This document shows positions 42,576-54,708 of a DNA stretch of 64,000 nt, piece after piece. The stretch comes from the human T2T-CHM13v2.0 reference genome, Homo sapiens. Numbering within the stretch: the stretch's first letter is position 1; each line of letters begins with the position of its first letter. The position numbers were made by a program, and so were the translations under genes. The notes beneath the pieces are model-generated. The model was not told the DNA's origin and searched no databases. It saw nothing but the letters and a program-made list of their open reading frames with translations. Location: NCBI RefSeq assembly GCF_009914755.1, contig NC_060941.1. One strand, given 5' to 3'.

Positions 42576-44349
42576 ATACACAAATAAAGTTTGTGTATCT
42601 AAAGCTATCTAAACATAGAAAATGTACCGTGAAAATACAGTATAAAAGATTTTTTAAACCAGTACACCTGTATAGGGTACTTACCATGAATCGGAGCTTG
42701 CAGGACCAGAAGTTGCTCTGGGTGAGCCACTGAGTGAGTGGTGAGTGACTATGAAGGCCTAGGGAATTACTGTATGCCCTAATGTATGACTGGCAGTGCA
42801 GTACGTTTATTTACACCAGCATCACTACAAACACATGAATAATGTGTTGCACTATGATGGTACAACAGCTATGACACCACTAGGCAATAGAAAATTTTCA
42901 GCTCCATTATAATCTGATGGGCCATCCTCATATATTGTCCATTGTTGACCTAAATATCATTATGAGATGCCTAATTGTGTATGTATGTATATGTAAATCA
43001 ATCGCATATTTTAAATCTTTATGTATTTGTTTTTGCATTAAGTTCTTTAATTTGTCTGAAATTCTTTTTGGTGTAGGTTATGAGGTTATTATTTTCTGGA
43101 GGCTCAGTTGCCTCAATGTTTATCACATAATCCACTGTTTATCCACTAATTTTAACTGGTATCTTTTTCGTATACTAAATTCTCTCATGTATTTGGTTTG
43201 ATTTGTAGGCTTGCTATTCTGTCCCAATGATCTATCTGTCTATTAATATCCAGTAACATATCTTTTAAAAATATCCTAACATTATATATTCTAAAGTTCA
43301 GCTCATCTTGTTTTGTTTCAAAAACAATCTGTTGTTAATTTTATTTAGTACTGCATTAAATTTGTAGATGAACTTAGGGAGAATCCTCTTGATTTTTGAA
43401 TTTTCTTTTTGGCCCAGTCTTTTCCTTGGCCTGAGCTTGATTACTCAAATTAATCTGTCAGGTCTAGGCCTGTTGATGTCACACCTCTGATAGGAACATC
43501 CTGGGGCAAATTGGCCTGGAGCTGTCTGGGTGCAGCAGGCTAAACTAGAGCTCAGGTGCCTTAGGGACTGGATGGAGGCAGATGAAATTGATACTAGGTA
43601 TGTAGTCAGGGGACAAAGCAGGATCATCTCAAGGGTACCAGAAGGATCTGGGTAGACTATTCTGCGGACCAGGTCTGAGGAGCTCAAAGGAATGTTGAGA
43701 ACCAGGAGAATAAAGAGAAGAGGGGTGTCAAAGGAAAGGAAGCGAACAGACTGTATGTCTCCCTATTGCAGCTCACTTAGAATCTGGGGCGTACTTTGAG
43801 GGGCTATAAAGAGCCATGGAAGACTTGGTATAGGTCAAGGTCAAGGTGAATTCTCTCTAGGTGAAAGGGCTGTGAGTACACATGCCTGGTGGAGAGTTTG
43901 TTTTGAGAGATAGAACAGTGATAGGAGAGGGCTCTAGAATAGATGTCAGATCATTTGGATTCTTTTAGTTCTAGTGTCACGACCAATTTGTTGGAGGATG
44001 GTGGGATCAATCATGTTTGCACGTTTTTAAGAACCATCTGTATTTTCTTCCTATGGACTGTGTTTATTTCCTTTGACCATGCTACTTGCCCACATTACTT
44101 GCTTGCTCATCTATAAAATCAGGTGGAGGTGGAGTAGCTCTAAGATTTTTTCCCAATGCAGTGTTTCATGGCTCTGTGATTACTTTCCAGAGTGTGAGAA
44201 AGATTCATGGCCTCAGGCTATGGGTAATATTCCCGAGTCATCTGAAGTCCCAGCCAAGGCCATGGGGTTTAAAACGTTTAAAACTTCAACCTGGTGTTGG
44301 CACATTTACAGAGTCTGGGAAACTTGAGTTCTTCATATGAAAATGCGTT

Positions 44350-44650
44350 CCATCCAATGGCTCCTCCACCGTCAACAGAATAAAGCCCTGATGTCTTACC
44401 CTGGGACGGGAGCACCGTCATGATCTAGCCTAGCATTCTTTTTCAGCTGCACCACCCATCCTCCCTTTCAGGAATTCTGTGTTCCAGTCAGGCTGAACTT
44501 CTTGTGATTTCCCACAAGTGTTAATACTTTCTTGCCTCAGTGTTTTTATTCATGTTGTTTCCACTACCTGAGCTACTCTTCCTCATCTCATAGCCAAATC
44601 CAAGCCACAGTTAAGTGCCAACCTCAGATTTTACCTCTTCTCTGATGCTC
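44350..44650 (+). mobile_element. L2 fragment
   Basis: TCCAATGGCTCC..CAGAATAAAGCCC..TGTTCCAGTCAGGCTGAACTTCTTG. Confidence 0.6.
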
Positions 44651-44654
44651 CCTG

Positions 44655-45060
44655 TTCTAGTTGAGATCTGGGGGTTATAAGTGGAAGAGACCCAGTCAAG
44701 CTAACTCAAGCAAAAGGAAGTGTATCACAAAGCTCCAATGGATAATGTCATATACAGCCAGAGAGAGAACAGGGGGTGAGATACATGTGGAGTGAAGGAG
44801 GACTCTAACTGGGACCTGGGGATGCTGTAATGGATGCTACTGTCTCCATCTCTCAGGGTGAGTGGGATTCCCTTCATCTCCAGTTACCTCTGTTTTTCCT
44901 CCATGCAGCTTTTCCTCCAAGCTTGTCCTCCGTGTCTTCTCTTCTCCTGTCCTCTTGTTCCCCGTCTCACTCAGCAAATAGAATGGCTGCCCCACGCTGC
45001 CTACATGATTTCCTCAGCACCTACTACTGACGGATGTGTCACTTTGTTTAAATTCTTAAC
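44655..45060 (-). mobile_element. Old MLT1 (J/K-like) LTR fragment
   Basis: GGTTATAAGTGGAAGAGACCCAGTCAAGCTAACTCAAGCAAAAGG. Confidence 0.45.
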
Positions 45061-46677
45061 AGAAGGAATATGGTTGGTAAGTAATTTTTAAAGGTAGCTA
45101 TTAACCTAAGAAAACAGAAATTGTATGGGAAAGAAAATATATCACAAAAAAAGTTTTTTGTTTAGTAGCAAACAGTATTTATAAAGCTATTATAATTTAA
45201 ACACTGACTTGGTTTAATAAAAAATTGAAATCAAATGATATTGGGAGAATAGGAGAGGAGGCAGGGAGTTGGTAGATATCAATTAAATACTCTTCTCTCA
45301 CAACAGCAAGTTCATGTCTAACTCTGAAAATCCAGGAAGAGTAACATAAACAAATCATTTAAAAATATGGTGGTACATCCAGAGGCAGCTAGAAAAGTTG
45401 AAAGAGGCCACTGCTATGGGGTTGTGGGGCTGGGGAGTGGCAGTAAATGTGCAGGGGATTGATGTATTTATTATAGGGCTTTCTGTAGTTTTTTTAAAAA
45501 ATTAAAAAATACATATGCATGCATTACTTTTAAAATTGCTCTTTTAAAAATTATGAAAAAATGTAAAGAATTTAACTTTTATAAAAAAGCTTTAGTTCTT
45601 AATGAGATGCACTTTCAGAAATCTGGCAAGCTGAACTATACAGAAGGTCCCATTTCCTGGGGCTTCCCAAGAGTGCTGCTTTCACTGGACAATTAAGCAG
45701 ATGAAAAGTTTTGTTTGTTTTTGTATCAGACAGATTTTACTTACACATAGGCACACACACATGCACACAACATAACCTCACAGATAAAGACATATGTCCT
45801 CCATTCCAGTCCCTTAAACTCCATCCCCCAAGCAATTAGGAACATAAATTTAATGTCATTCTTCCTAGTCCACAGTTTTTAATATTTTTACTATAATACA
45901 TACACACATATGACACATCTATACACATATCTGTTAAAAAATACTAATTTACTTATTATGTTTTGAAATTTTCATTTAAATGTTATCATAATGTACGTAT
46001 TATTCTGGTACTTGCTTTACTCATTTAATATGTTGAGACCTATCTATATTCACATATGGATCTAGTGCATTCATTTTATTTCATCGTATGAGTACAGCAG
46101 AATTTATTTTGCCTGCCAACCTTTTTACTCTTACAATCAGTGTGTCAGTGAATATCCTTATACAAACCTCATGCCAACACATACAAGAATGTCTTCTGCA
46201 TGTATGCCTAGACACGGAATTGCTGGGTTACAAGGAGGCACATTTTCCTTTTACTAGGTCACTGGGTCAGCATCGTTTTTAAACACAACTAAATAGCGCT
46301 GTTGTCAGATTCTGGCTCCTGGGTGACAGGCTTGTACAGACTGACCCAGCTGGGGGTGGAGGCCGTATCTGAAATACCATCTGTGTCGCTGTCACAACAG
46401 TGCTGGAGGCTCTCTTTTCAGAGGCAGCAGTTTAGGACCGGAGCAAAGAGACACATTTATTCATGTTCTTTCTAACAAGCTGGTGTTTGACACTTAAAGG
46501 GCTGATAAGGTTCTTTTCTTTTTTACATATATGAGGGGAAAGCACTAGGTAACATACAACAAAGAAGACCGAGGGAGGATGAGCAAAGTAGAGTTATAGA
46601 ACACATGACATGAACGAAGAAGGCCCCCATGGGTGGGAGGTGGGTCTATACATTTTTCCGTTCGTTCATTATCAGTA

Positions 46678-47524
46678 CAGTTGACTCTTGAACAATGCAG
46701 AGTTGGGGTGCCAACCTCCATGTAGTTGAAAATCCATGTCCCCCAAATTTAACTAACAGCCTACTGCTGGCCAGAAGCCAAACTGATAACACACAGAGTC
46801 ATTGAATATGTATTTTTTATGTTACATGTATTGTATACTGTATTCTTACAATAAAGTAAGCTAGAGGAGAAAAATCTTATTAAGCAAATCCTAAGGAAGA
46901 GAAAATATATTTACCATTCATTAAGTGGAAGTGGATTGATATAATTTGGATGTGTGTCCCTTCCCAAATCTCATATTGAAATGTAATCCCTAATATTGGA
47001 CGTGGGGCCTGGCAGGAGGTGATTGGATCATGAGGACAGATTCACATGAATGGTTTTGCACCATTCCTCTTGATACTGTCCTCACAATAGTGAGTTCTCC
47101 TGAGATCTGGTCATTTAAAAGTGTGTGGTTCCTCCCTCCCTCCCTACTCCTACTCCTGCTCTGGCCATGTGATGTACCTGCACCCCCTTTGCCTTCCACC
47201 ATTATTGTATGTTTCCTGAGGCCTCCCCAGATGCTGAGCAGATGCCAGCATCACACTTCCTGTACAGCCTGCAGAATGATAAACGAATTAAACCTCTTTT
47301 CTCTATAAATTACCCAGTCTCAGGTATCTCTTTATAGCAATGTGAGAACAGACTAATACATGGATCATCATAAAGATCTTCAGCTCATCATCTTCACTTT
47401 GAGTAGGCTAAGGAGGAGGAGGAAGCAGGTTGGTCTTGCTGTCTCAGGGTTGACAGAGGCAGGAGAAAATCCACATAGAAGTTGACTCTTGCAGTTCAAA
47501 CTCATGTTGTTCAAGGGTCACCTG
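46678..47524. mobile_element. Tigger2a (MER28-type) DNA transposon
   Basis: TA|CAGTTGACTCTTGAACAA ... TTGTTCAAGGGTCACCTG|TA TIRs; TGTATTCTTACAATAAAGTAAGCTAGAG. Confidence 0.9.
46937..47360 (+). mobile_element. MSTB-like solo LTR within Tigger2a
   Basis: TGATATAATTTGG ... GACTAATACA; TSD TGGAT. Confidence 0.92.
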
Positions 47525-48129
47525 TATTTGTGAAGAATGTGTCAGACTTGGAACTAGACTCTGGGGCAGAAAGTACCATAAGAAAGGGACGGTTCCCTTT
47601 TGACTGATATGGTTGATGAGATTTGGAAAGCCTACTTCATTCACATTCCTTTCCAAAGAAACAGCCCCTGGCCATAGGCTACCACCTTTCTCCCAACCAT
47701 GGCAGTAACTGCCCTCATTTCTCACTCTTGAAAACTGAGTCAGCTGTTTAGACCAGAGAGAGTCCCTTGACTAAGGACTGCTGCTCTTAAAGCCACCCAA
47801 TGACCTATGATTCACACACCACATCAAGAAGATGAGTGGCACCAACTATATGTATATAGTGATATATCTTCATATGATATAGCAATACCATGAAAAGAAC
47901 TCTGACTGTCAGTGACAAGAGACTGGGGCCCAGAGTGTATTAATAAACTGAGGAGAACTTTTGCAGTGAGTGTCTTGAAAGGGCTTGATTATTTTGGTTG
48001 TACTGCACGTTGTAGATAGATGCACATAGTAGGTGTTCAATTAAGATTTGTTGATTAAGACCGGTTGAGTAGTGTTCAATGCTTATTTAGATGTGATGTT
48101 GGAAAGTGAATTTTATTAATTACAAAATT

Positions 48130-48790
48130 AGAACTACTTTATATTCACATAATTCTTTGTTTTCAGAGGGATTTTATATACATTGTTCATTTTAATTTTC
48201 ACGAGGAGTTATAATACCAGCATGCTATTTAGATATAGTTATTATTATATAGGTGGTTTTCATTAGGAATGAATCCCTATAGTGTAGCGGTTAAGTGTGG
48301 ATACAATTGCCAATCTTGCTTTCCATCCCAGTTCTACTTCATATGGGGTTTACGCATCTCGGTACTTAAGATTCTTCATCTGCACAATGGGGAGAAAAGC
48401 AGCATCTACTTCATCGTGTTGTCATGAACTGAATTCATGAATTCATGTGTGTGAAATGCTTAGAACAGTGTCTGGCACATAGGAAGTTTTCAAACGTTAT
48501 TATTAGCTGTCATTTTTTTTGTTGTTGACCAAGGTGGAAGCTGAGATTCAAGAGGATCAGTTTCATCCCAGGCCACCCTGCCAGTAAGTGACCCCATGAA
48601 AATTAGAAAGCTATCAGTAAAAGCAAAGGAGAGAAAGTGTGAGACATAAGTTTTGGTTCCCACTGCAAAACATCACTGGTAACTAAATTGGGGTGAATAA
48701 GTACTTGCCAGCCTGCCACATGGGGTGTTGATGAGGTTTCAACAAACTGATGGATGTGCAAAGTCTTTGAAAACTGAAGTACAATGGTGT
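48130..48790. mobile_element. MIR cluster, both orientations
   Basis: TATAGTGTAGCGGTTAAG..CTTCATCTGCACAATGGGG..GCTTAGAACAGTGTCTGGCACATAG and neighbouring fragments. Confidence 0.7.
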
Positions 48791-49959
48791 GGCTGCATTG
48801 TTCTGCTGGGGAGGAAAGGGCACGAGGCTGCGGTATGGTGAGGCTGAATGGGGTCTATGGCTTGGGAGAAAGAAAGGAAAGATGGAGACCCGCAGCTCAT
48901 TTCCTGGGAGCATGGATAGGCAACAGTTTGGATTCATTACAGAGCCCCCAAGCAGGTGGTGAGAAAACGCAGATGCCCCCCCTCTGCTTTTTGAGCATCT
49001 CATGTTATTCAACATTGTCCATATATTTGTGCAAAATGCTGTCTCCTCATTGGGAGACTTCACCGGCTCCCTGTGCTACTGGCAGGAGAATAGGAGTTTC
49101 CTAAAGGGGTCTGTTCAGAAATGAAACTCATAAATGTATTCCTGGTAGAGAAGGAACAACTGGTTTCTTAGCCAACTGAGTTTTCCTGAAATCACCTCCA
49201 AGGACAAGCTCTGAGCCTGTAACACTGGTTCTCTCCTCACAAGGACTCCATGAGTCATGTGGAGAAGACATGTTTAATTCTGTCCAGCAGGTGAACAAAT
49301 GGGCCAAGAGAAGAGAATTGATGCACCCAGAATCACGTGGCCCATCCTTAGCGTGGAGCTTCTGGCTCCTGCTGACACTGCTCCCAGCCACACATGGGGT
49401 GCCTGCTGAACAGAGCCCCTCATGTCTCCTTCCCCACTACTAACTGTCACGGGATGCCAGTCTGAGGCACCAAAGTCGGAGGAACAACCACAGTCCAGGA
49501 CGACTTTGGGAATCCATTAGTGTGGGATTTGATGCATTTCCTAGGAAAGCAAACAATCTCTGCATGACTTTCGCAGCCACATGTCCATAGAATAGCAACA
49601 TAATATTTATAATCTCTTATCTGTTCCTTTTCTACCTTTCTCCTTGTGGACAATGGTTACAGCTCATCTACATGTCTCCCTCTCTCCCAAATTCAGCAGC
49701 AGAGACATCACAGATTTCTGGTTGGGAAACCATGGTCTACACCACAGATACAGTACCCTCAACAAGGCTGTAAAGAAGGGGGTTGTTGGTTAAGAACATG
49801 GGCTTAGTGGCAAGACAGAATTAGGTGTGAATACAATTTTGTTATTTCTTAGCATACATTTATTGTTTCCAAATTTCAGTGTTCTTCTCTGTAAAACAGA
49901 GATAATAATAGTGCCCATGTCATGAACTTACAGCATGAGAGGAGTACATATAAACTGAC

Positions 49960-50680
49960 TACAGGACTTTCGTTTTTAGCAAGTTAGCCAATTACATAGA
50001 CTTCTGGATAAAGTATCGTAAATATATTTTTAATAGTGTATCTATGCTTAATGGAAAAAAAAACCCTGAAAACCAGAAGGTTAAGAAAGACCTAATATTT
50101 TGGCTACCCTGAGACAAGGATGCATTTTCTCAACTAGCTTGAATTTTTAGCAGCCACTTGGATATAGAATATGAGTCCTTAAGCTCACATTAGGCAAAGA
50201 ATTGGAACTGAGATCCCAGACTAAGCTGGGATCCTCAAAGGGTTGGAACCCTTGGTAAATGGTTAGAATAGAAATAAATCTTCCTGCCGACTCAGGGAAA
50301 TAGCAAGAAACTTTGCTTTCCTCTGGACTCTGGGGAGGTGAAAAAAAAAAGTTTTCTGTTGATAGTTTGTAACCATGACCTTGACCTCTCTTGGATTTGG
50401 TATTTACCTTTATTATATCTGTTCAGGAAATTAACACAAAGAGATCCCTAGCTGGAATACCCCTAGAGCTTCCAGCAAAGCAAAATCAAATTCTGTCCTG
50501 CCAAATACAAGCTCCATTACAAAATACATGAAGAAGCAAGACACTGTAATTGAGGCAGCAGACAGCATCCATGGAAAGACAAGAGCCCCCAGTGCTTCAG
50601 AGAACAGAATTATCAGAATGGAGAAATAAGTTCCATTTGAAACAAGTAAAGACAGATGCGAAAAGGGTAAGATACTACTA
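49960..50680 (+). mobile_element. Ancient L1M 5'/ORF1-region fragment inside a MIR (49780-49950, 50680-50745)
   Basis: A-rich degenerate L1-like sequence between two halves of a plus-strand MIR. Confidence 0.45.
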
Positions 50681-51036
50681 ATAAAGCATTCACAGGGAAG
50701 CTGGCACGTAGTAAGCAAGTAATAGATGTTAGCTATTATTCATATTAGTGTTAGGGTTCTGTTTTCATGGAGGAAGGGAAAACAAATCTGAAATTCAATC
50801 CATGCGTTGATCACTAGTTCCCTTCAGACACAGCGCTTTGCAGGCTGAGGAGCATATGACCAGAACCGGAGAGATGGGAGGGTCCATGGATGAAGGTCTG
50901 GAGGTAAAGTCTCCTTGGTCCCATCCTGACTACTCCCCAAATGACCATGAGAAAATCCATCGCTTTTGCAAGAATCACAAATCTGACCTCCTAAAGCTGA
51001 AGTACAGAGTAGAATTGGGGGAGCATTCTAAGGCTT

Positions 51037-51437
51037 GCTGTAAAATTAATCACCACACAATAATAATTTTAAAAAGCCGTTGCCAGAGGGAGAAAGGCAT
51101 AAAGTCACTGAGGTCACAGTATCAAGCTATCATTTTGATGTACAGTTCCCAAAGAGATCAGTCTACTCTGACTTAGAACACATTATTTTTGATAAAATTG
51201 CAACCTGTCAGGGATAGCAAAGAACCCGGATTCTTCAGATTAAAAACCTAGGATGCAGATGGACAGCCTAGGGTACTCTGAGAAGTATGTTGTGTGTGGT
51301 GGGCGGAGGGGGCATATGAGGACTGTCCTTGCTGGAGTGGAATGGAATACCGACCAATCTCTTGTTCGTCTGTTCAATATTTAATTCTGCACAAAGTATA
51401 TGATTGGCCAAGCCTTGGATCATATCATTTACAGCCA
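51037..51437. mobile_element. Ancient MITE-like repeat, copy 2, with short inverted ends
   Basis: GCTGTAAA at 51037 and TTTACAGC near 51428; 3' part homologous to 36310-36548. Confidence 0.55.
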
Positions 51438-52003
51438 TACCGGACTACAATCAGTAAATAAATAGCTTGCTGAAAATCAATAAATAAGGAAATAATTGTC
51501 TTCTATAGGATTCAAAATGAAGAAAGACCATCATTTTTGTTATAGTTCTCAGCCCAATTCACTCTTACACAAGGGACAGGAAGTAGGTCTGAGTCTATCT
51601 CCAGCAATAGGCTGAATTCCAAAGGGTGTTGGTCCCAGGGTCTGTCCTGGTTTGAAATGAGTTCAAGGTAGGGTTTGAGCACCTTGACACAGTACAGACT
51701 CCCTCCAAGTCAGGGTCAGCCATTGGCATTCTATGCTGAGACAGCCTTTGCAGTGCTACCTTGGATAATTCATTCTTACCCACTTGATCATTAGAGATCA
51801 AGTCATGAGGTATTTGCAAGTCACTTAATCGGCCAGAAAGCCTTCGGATTAAGATGGCAATCAGGCTTCTCCCATCAATGTCTTTTTGCAAAGAATAGTC
51901 CAGCCTGCCTCTGCACATCAGTCTGTATTAGTCTAAGGATCATTCTAAGATGTATGTATTTCATTGTCGGTACTTCTGATCCGATGGACAATTTGTCTAA
52001 GTG

Positions 52004-52037
52004 AGTTCTGCAGACATAGAAGTTCTGCAGACATAGA
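52004..52037. repeat. Perfect 17-bp tandem duplication
   Basis: AGTTCTGCAGACATAGA x2. Confidence 0.95.
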
Positions 52038-52153
52038 AGCTGGTGGCGTTGAGCTCGGCTGTGCCAGCTGGGTGGGGAAGGTCTCACTTTGGCATGGTGG
52101 ATAACAGGGCTCATTCTGGAAGGTGGTAACTTCTTCCTTTCATTCCTCTTCAA

Positions 52154-52165
52154 TGTGACGTCACA
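52154..52165. promoter_or_regulatory. Full CRE palindrome
   Basis: TGTGACGTCACA with intact CpG; function untested. Confidence 0.45.
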
Positions 52166-52884
52166 GACAATGTCCTGGTTTAGGGATCAGGATGATGTGA
52201 GTTTGTGTCTTGGCTTTGAAGCATACTCGCTTTGGTACTTACCTCAGTTCCTTCATCTGTAAAATGGTGATACCTCTCCCAATTGTTGTAAGGATCAAGT
52301 AACTTAGCACAATGCTAGGCATATAGTAGGTACTCAGTCGTAGTTAGTTTCTTTCTCCTTCCTGGGGTTAGAGGGGGGGTATCACTGATTGAACCAAGAA
52401 ACATACCTAGAGATAAGGTTTTAAGGCAGGAGGAGGCTTCCTGTGGAGGAAGAAAGGATGAAAACGTGAAATCTCTTAATCCTCAGCTAGGATAGTTCAC
52501 TACAACTTGAAATCTGGGCAACCCAATTCTCTCTGAGTTTCCATCAAGGGAGCAGAGCCAGCGTCACACCTTTAACTTCTATGACAGCCAACACACACCA
52601 TTACACTTTAACTTGTGTCCAAAAGGAAAAAAGGCCTTGCCCCGAGGGAGGAATTAGGGAGATCCCTATGAGCAAGGTGACCTACACAATGACAGCCCAG
52701 GGACATCAAAAATCCAGCAGGGTTGCGAACTGGGGAGTTGGGACACAGAACAAATGTCTTGATAACTGCAATCTACTTCTTATAAATATCACAATAATCG
52801 CATTTGTTCAACTACTCAATCAATGAGGTTAGCTATATAAGTGTCATATGTTGCCTCCCCTGGAAGTGAATCTAGGAGATTTAA

Positions 52885-53330
52885 TGATTCATTCACTCAA
52901 CAAATATTTATTGAGCATCCTCTGTATGCCAGGCGATGTACCAGGAACTAGGGGCATTAGGTTCCTGCTTTCATGAAGCAGAGAGACTAAACAAACAATA
53001 TCAGATAGTGCTAAGTTCCATGGAGAAAATAAACAGAGTTACGGATTGTGCCCAGGGTAAGGGAAGAGTTCATTTTAATAGTGGCCTGGAAAGGCCACTG
53101 GGATGGTTACTTTAAGAGGGGATATGAAGAGTACAAAGGAGGCAAGCATGAAAAAAATCTGGAGAAAAATATTCCAGGCAGATGGGATAGCAAGTGCAAA
53201 GTTCCTTTGGTTTGTTTGAAGAATGGAAAGAACCTCAGGATACATGGACGCCTAGAACAGAGTGAGCAAGGGGGCAAATGCTGAGTTGAGGCTGGAGAGA
53301 TGGGAGCTATAGTTTGTATCATGGCCAAAT
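52885..53330 (-). mobile_element. L2
   Basis: ATTCATTCACTCAACAAATATTTATTGAGCATCCTCTGTATGCCAGGC..TATTCCAGGCAGATGGGATAGCAAGTGCAAAG. Confidence 0.85.
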
Positions 53331-53375
53331 ATTTGGATTTTAATTAATTAAAATAGAGACTCTTTGGTAGTTTGG

Positions 53376-53716
53376 TTTCTTTTTCTTTTTTTTTTTGTTG
53401 CTGTTGTTGTTGTTGTTGTTGTTGTTGTTGAGACAAGGTCTGGCTCTGTCACCCAGGACGGAGTGCAGTGCAGTGGCATGATCTCTGCTTACTGCAACCT
53501 CTGCCTCCTGGGCTCAAGTGATCCTCCCACCTCAGCTTTCCGAATAGCTGGGACTACAGGCACAAGCCACCATGCCCGACTAATTTCTGTAGTTTTTGTA
53601 GAGATGGGGTTTTACCATGTTGCCCAGGCTGCTCTCAAACTCCTGAGCTCAAGCAATCCACCCACTTTGGCCTCCCAAAGTACTGGGATTACAGGTGTCA
53701 GCCACCGTGCCCAGCA
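53376..53716 (-). mobile_element. AluJ with (GTT)n tail
   Basis: J-type arms; CTCTTTGGTAG repeated at 53359 and 53743. Confidence 0.92.
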
Positions 53717-54138
53717 TATGTTATATAATACTAATATATAATCTCTTTGGTAGGTTTTAAGCAGGGGAAGGTACATTCAGGGGAGAGAACCTGGGGCCTT
53801 TAGCCTGTCCATGCCCTCAATTCTGTAAGCTCCCCTGTTCTGCTCCCAGACTCAGCATGCCTCTAGGTGTACATGATTGTTAGACTGCCCTCCTGTCCTC
53901 CCCCTTAGCTAGGTGGGCCAGGCCAGAGCTCCTAAGCTCTGACCTTTAGCCCTCAACTCCATCTGTCCTTCTGGCCTCAGGCTTTGGCTTTCACAATCCT
54001 ATGCATCATTCAGACCTAGGTTTTAGTACCTCCAACTTTCCCACTCGCTTTTCTATTTTTATTCTGAGCTCAGGTCACTGTTCTCTCCCTACTTCCTGAA
54101 CTTTGCCTGTGCCTGGACTCCTTAAATCATAGAGAAAC

Positions 54139-54708
54139 TGAGGCAGGATAGGTAGTCAAGAAAGTGACCATGTTCTTGGGACCCAGCAACCACGGTGACC
54201 ATACAGTCAACACAATAAGCCTCAGCATTAGCATTGTAATTGGACTTTCTCCTGAAGAGAGCATGCACGTTTTGATTTTACCTGTCCTCAAACTGATGCT
54301 TTGCTCGTTATCATGTAAAAAACACAACCCTGGGTGGAGATTCAAGATGCTAATGAGATATTGGTATAGGAACAAGCATGTATAGCTACTGCACGTGTGC
54401 ACTCAGAGAGCCATCCAGAATATGCTTACCTGTAGGCACCTCTTTCCACCTCCTTATGAATAATCATGCATGACTCCTGTAAAGGGAGTCTCCCTAGTGC
54501 CAGTCTTTGCTGTCTCATCCTTGCCAGTAGCCCACCCTGAATTCTGTCTCTCTCAAGGTGTACTGTCTAGTCTGCACCTAACTTATAAAATATATTTTTT
54601 CTTTTGCAATAAATTACTCTATGTCGCACTTCTTTTGCTGTGTGTCTCTTATTTAAATTCTTTTAAACTAACAGGATAAGAACCAAGGTATCACAACAGC
54701 TGTCAACA
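54139..54708 (+). mobile_element. MER66-like ERV1 solo LTR
   Basis: TGAGGCAGGATAGGTAGTCAAG ... CTGTCAACA with TG..CA ends, 4-bp TSD AAAC, AATAAA near 54608. Confidence 0.85.

Larger units (their letters stand above)
41918..42977 (-). mobile_element. Short Tigger3 derivative containing the NUMT
   Basis: Co-linear with the 9364-10889 copy: GGGATACATTCTGAGAAA, GCAGGCAATTGTAACA|..|TTTGTGTATCTAAA, GAAGTTGCTCTGGGTGAG, TTTACACCAGCATC. Confidence 0.9.
41130..43390 (-). mobile_element. Degenerate L1ME, split by Tigger3
   Basis: Antisense L1 ORF2-type motifs: GTTGTACCAAATTACATTCC..CAGCAATGCATGA, TCCTTTGCCCATTTTT, CTATTCTGTCCCAATGATCTAT, GCATTAAATTTGTAGAT. Confidence 0.7.
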
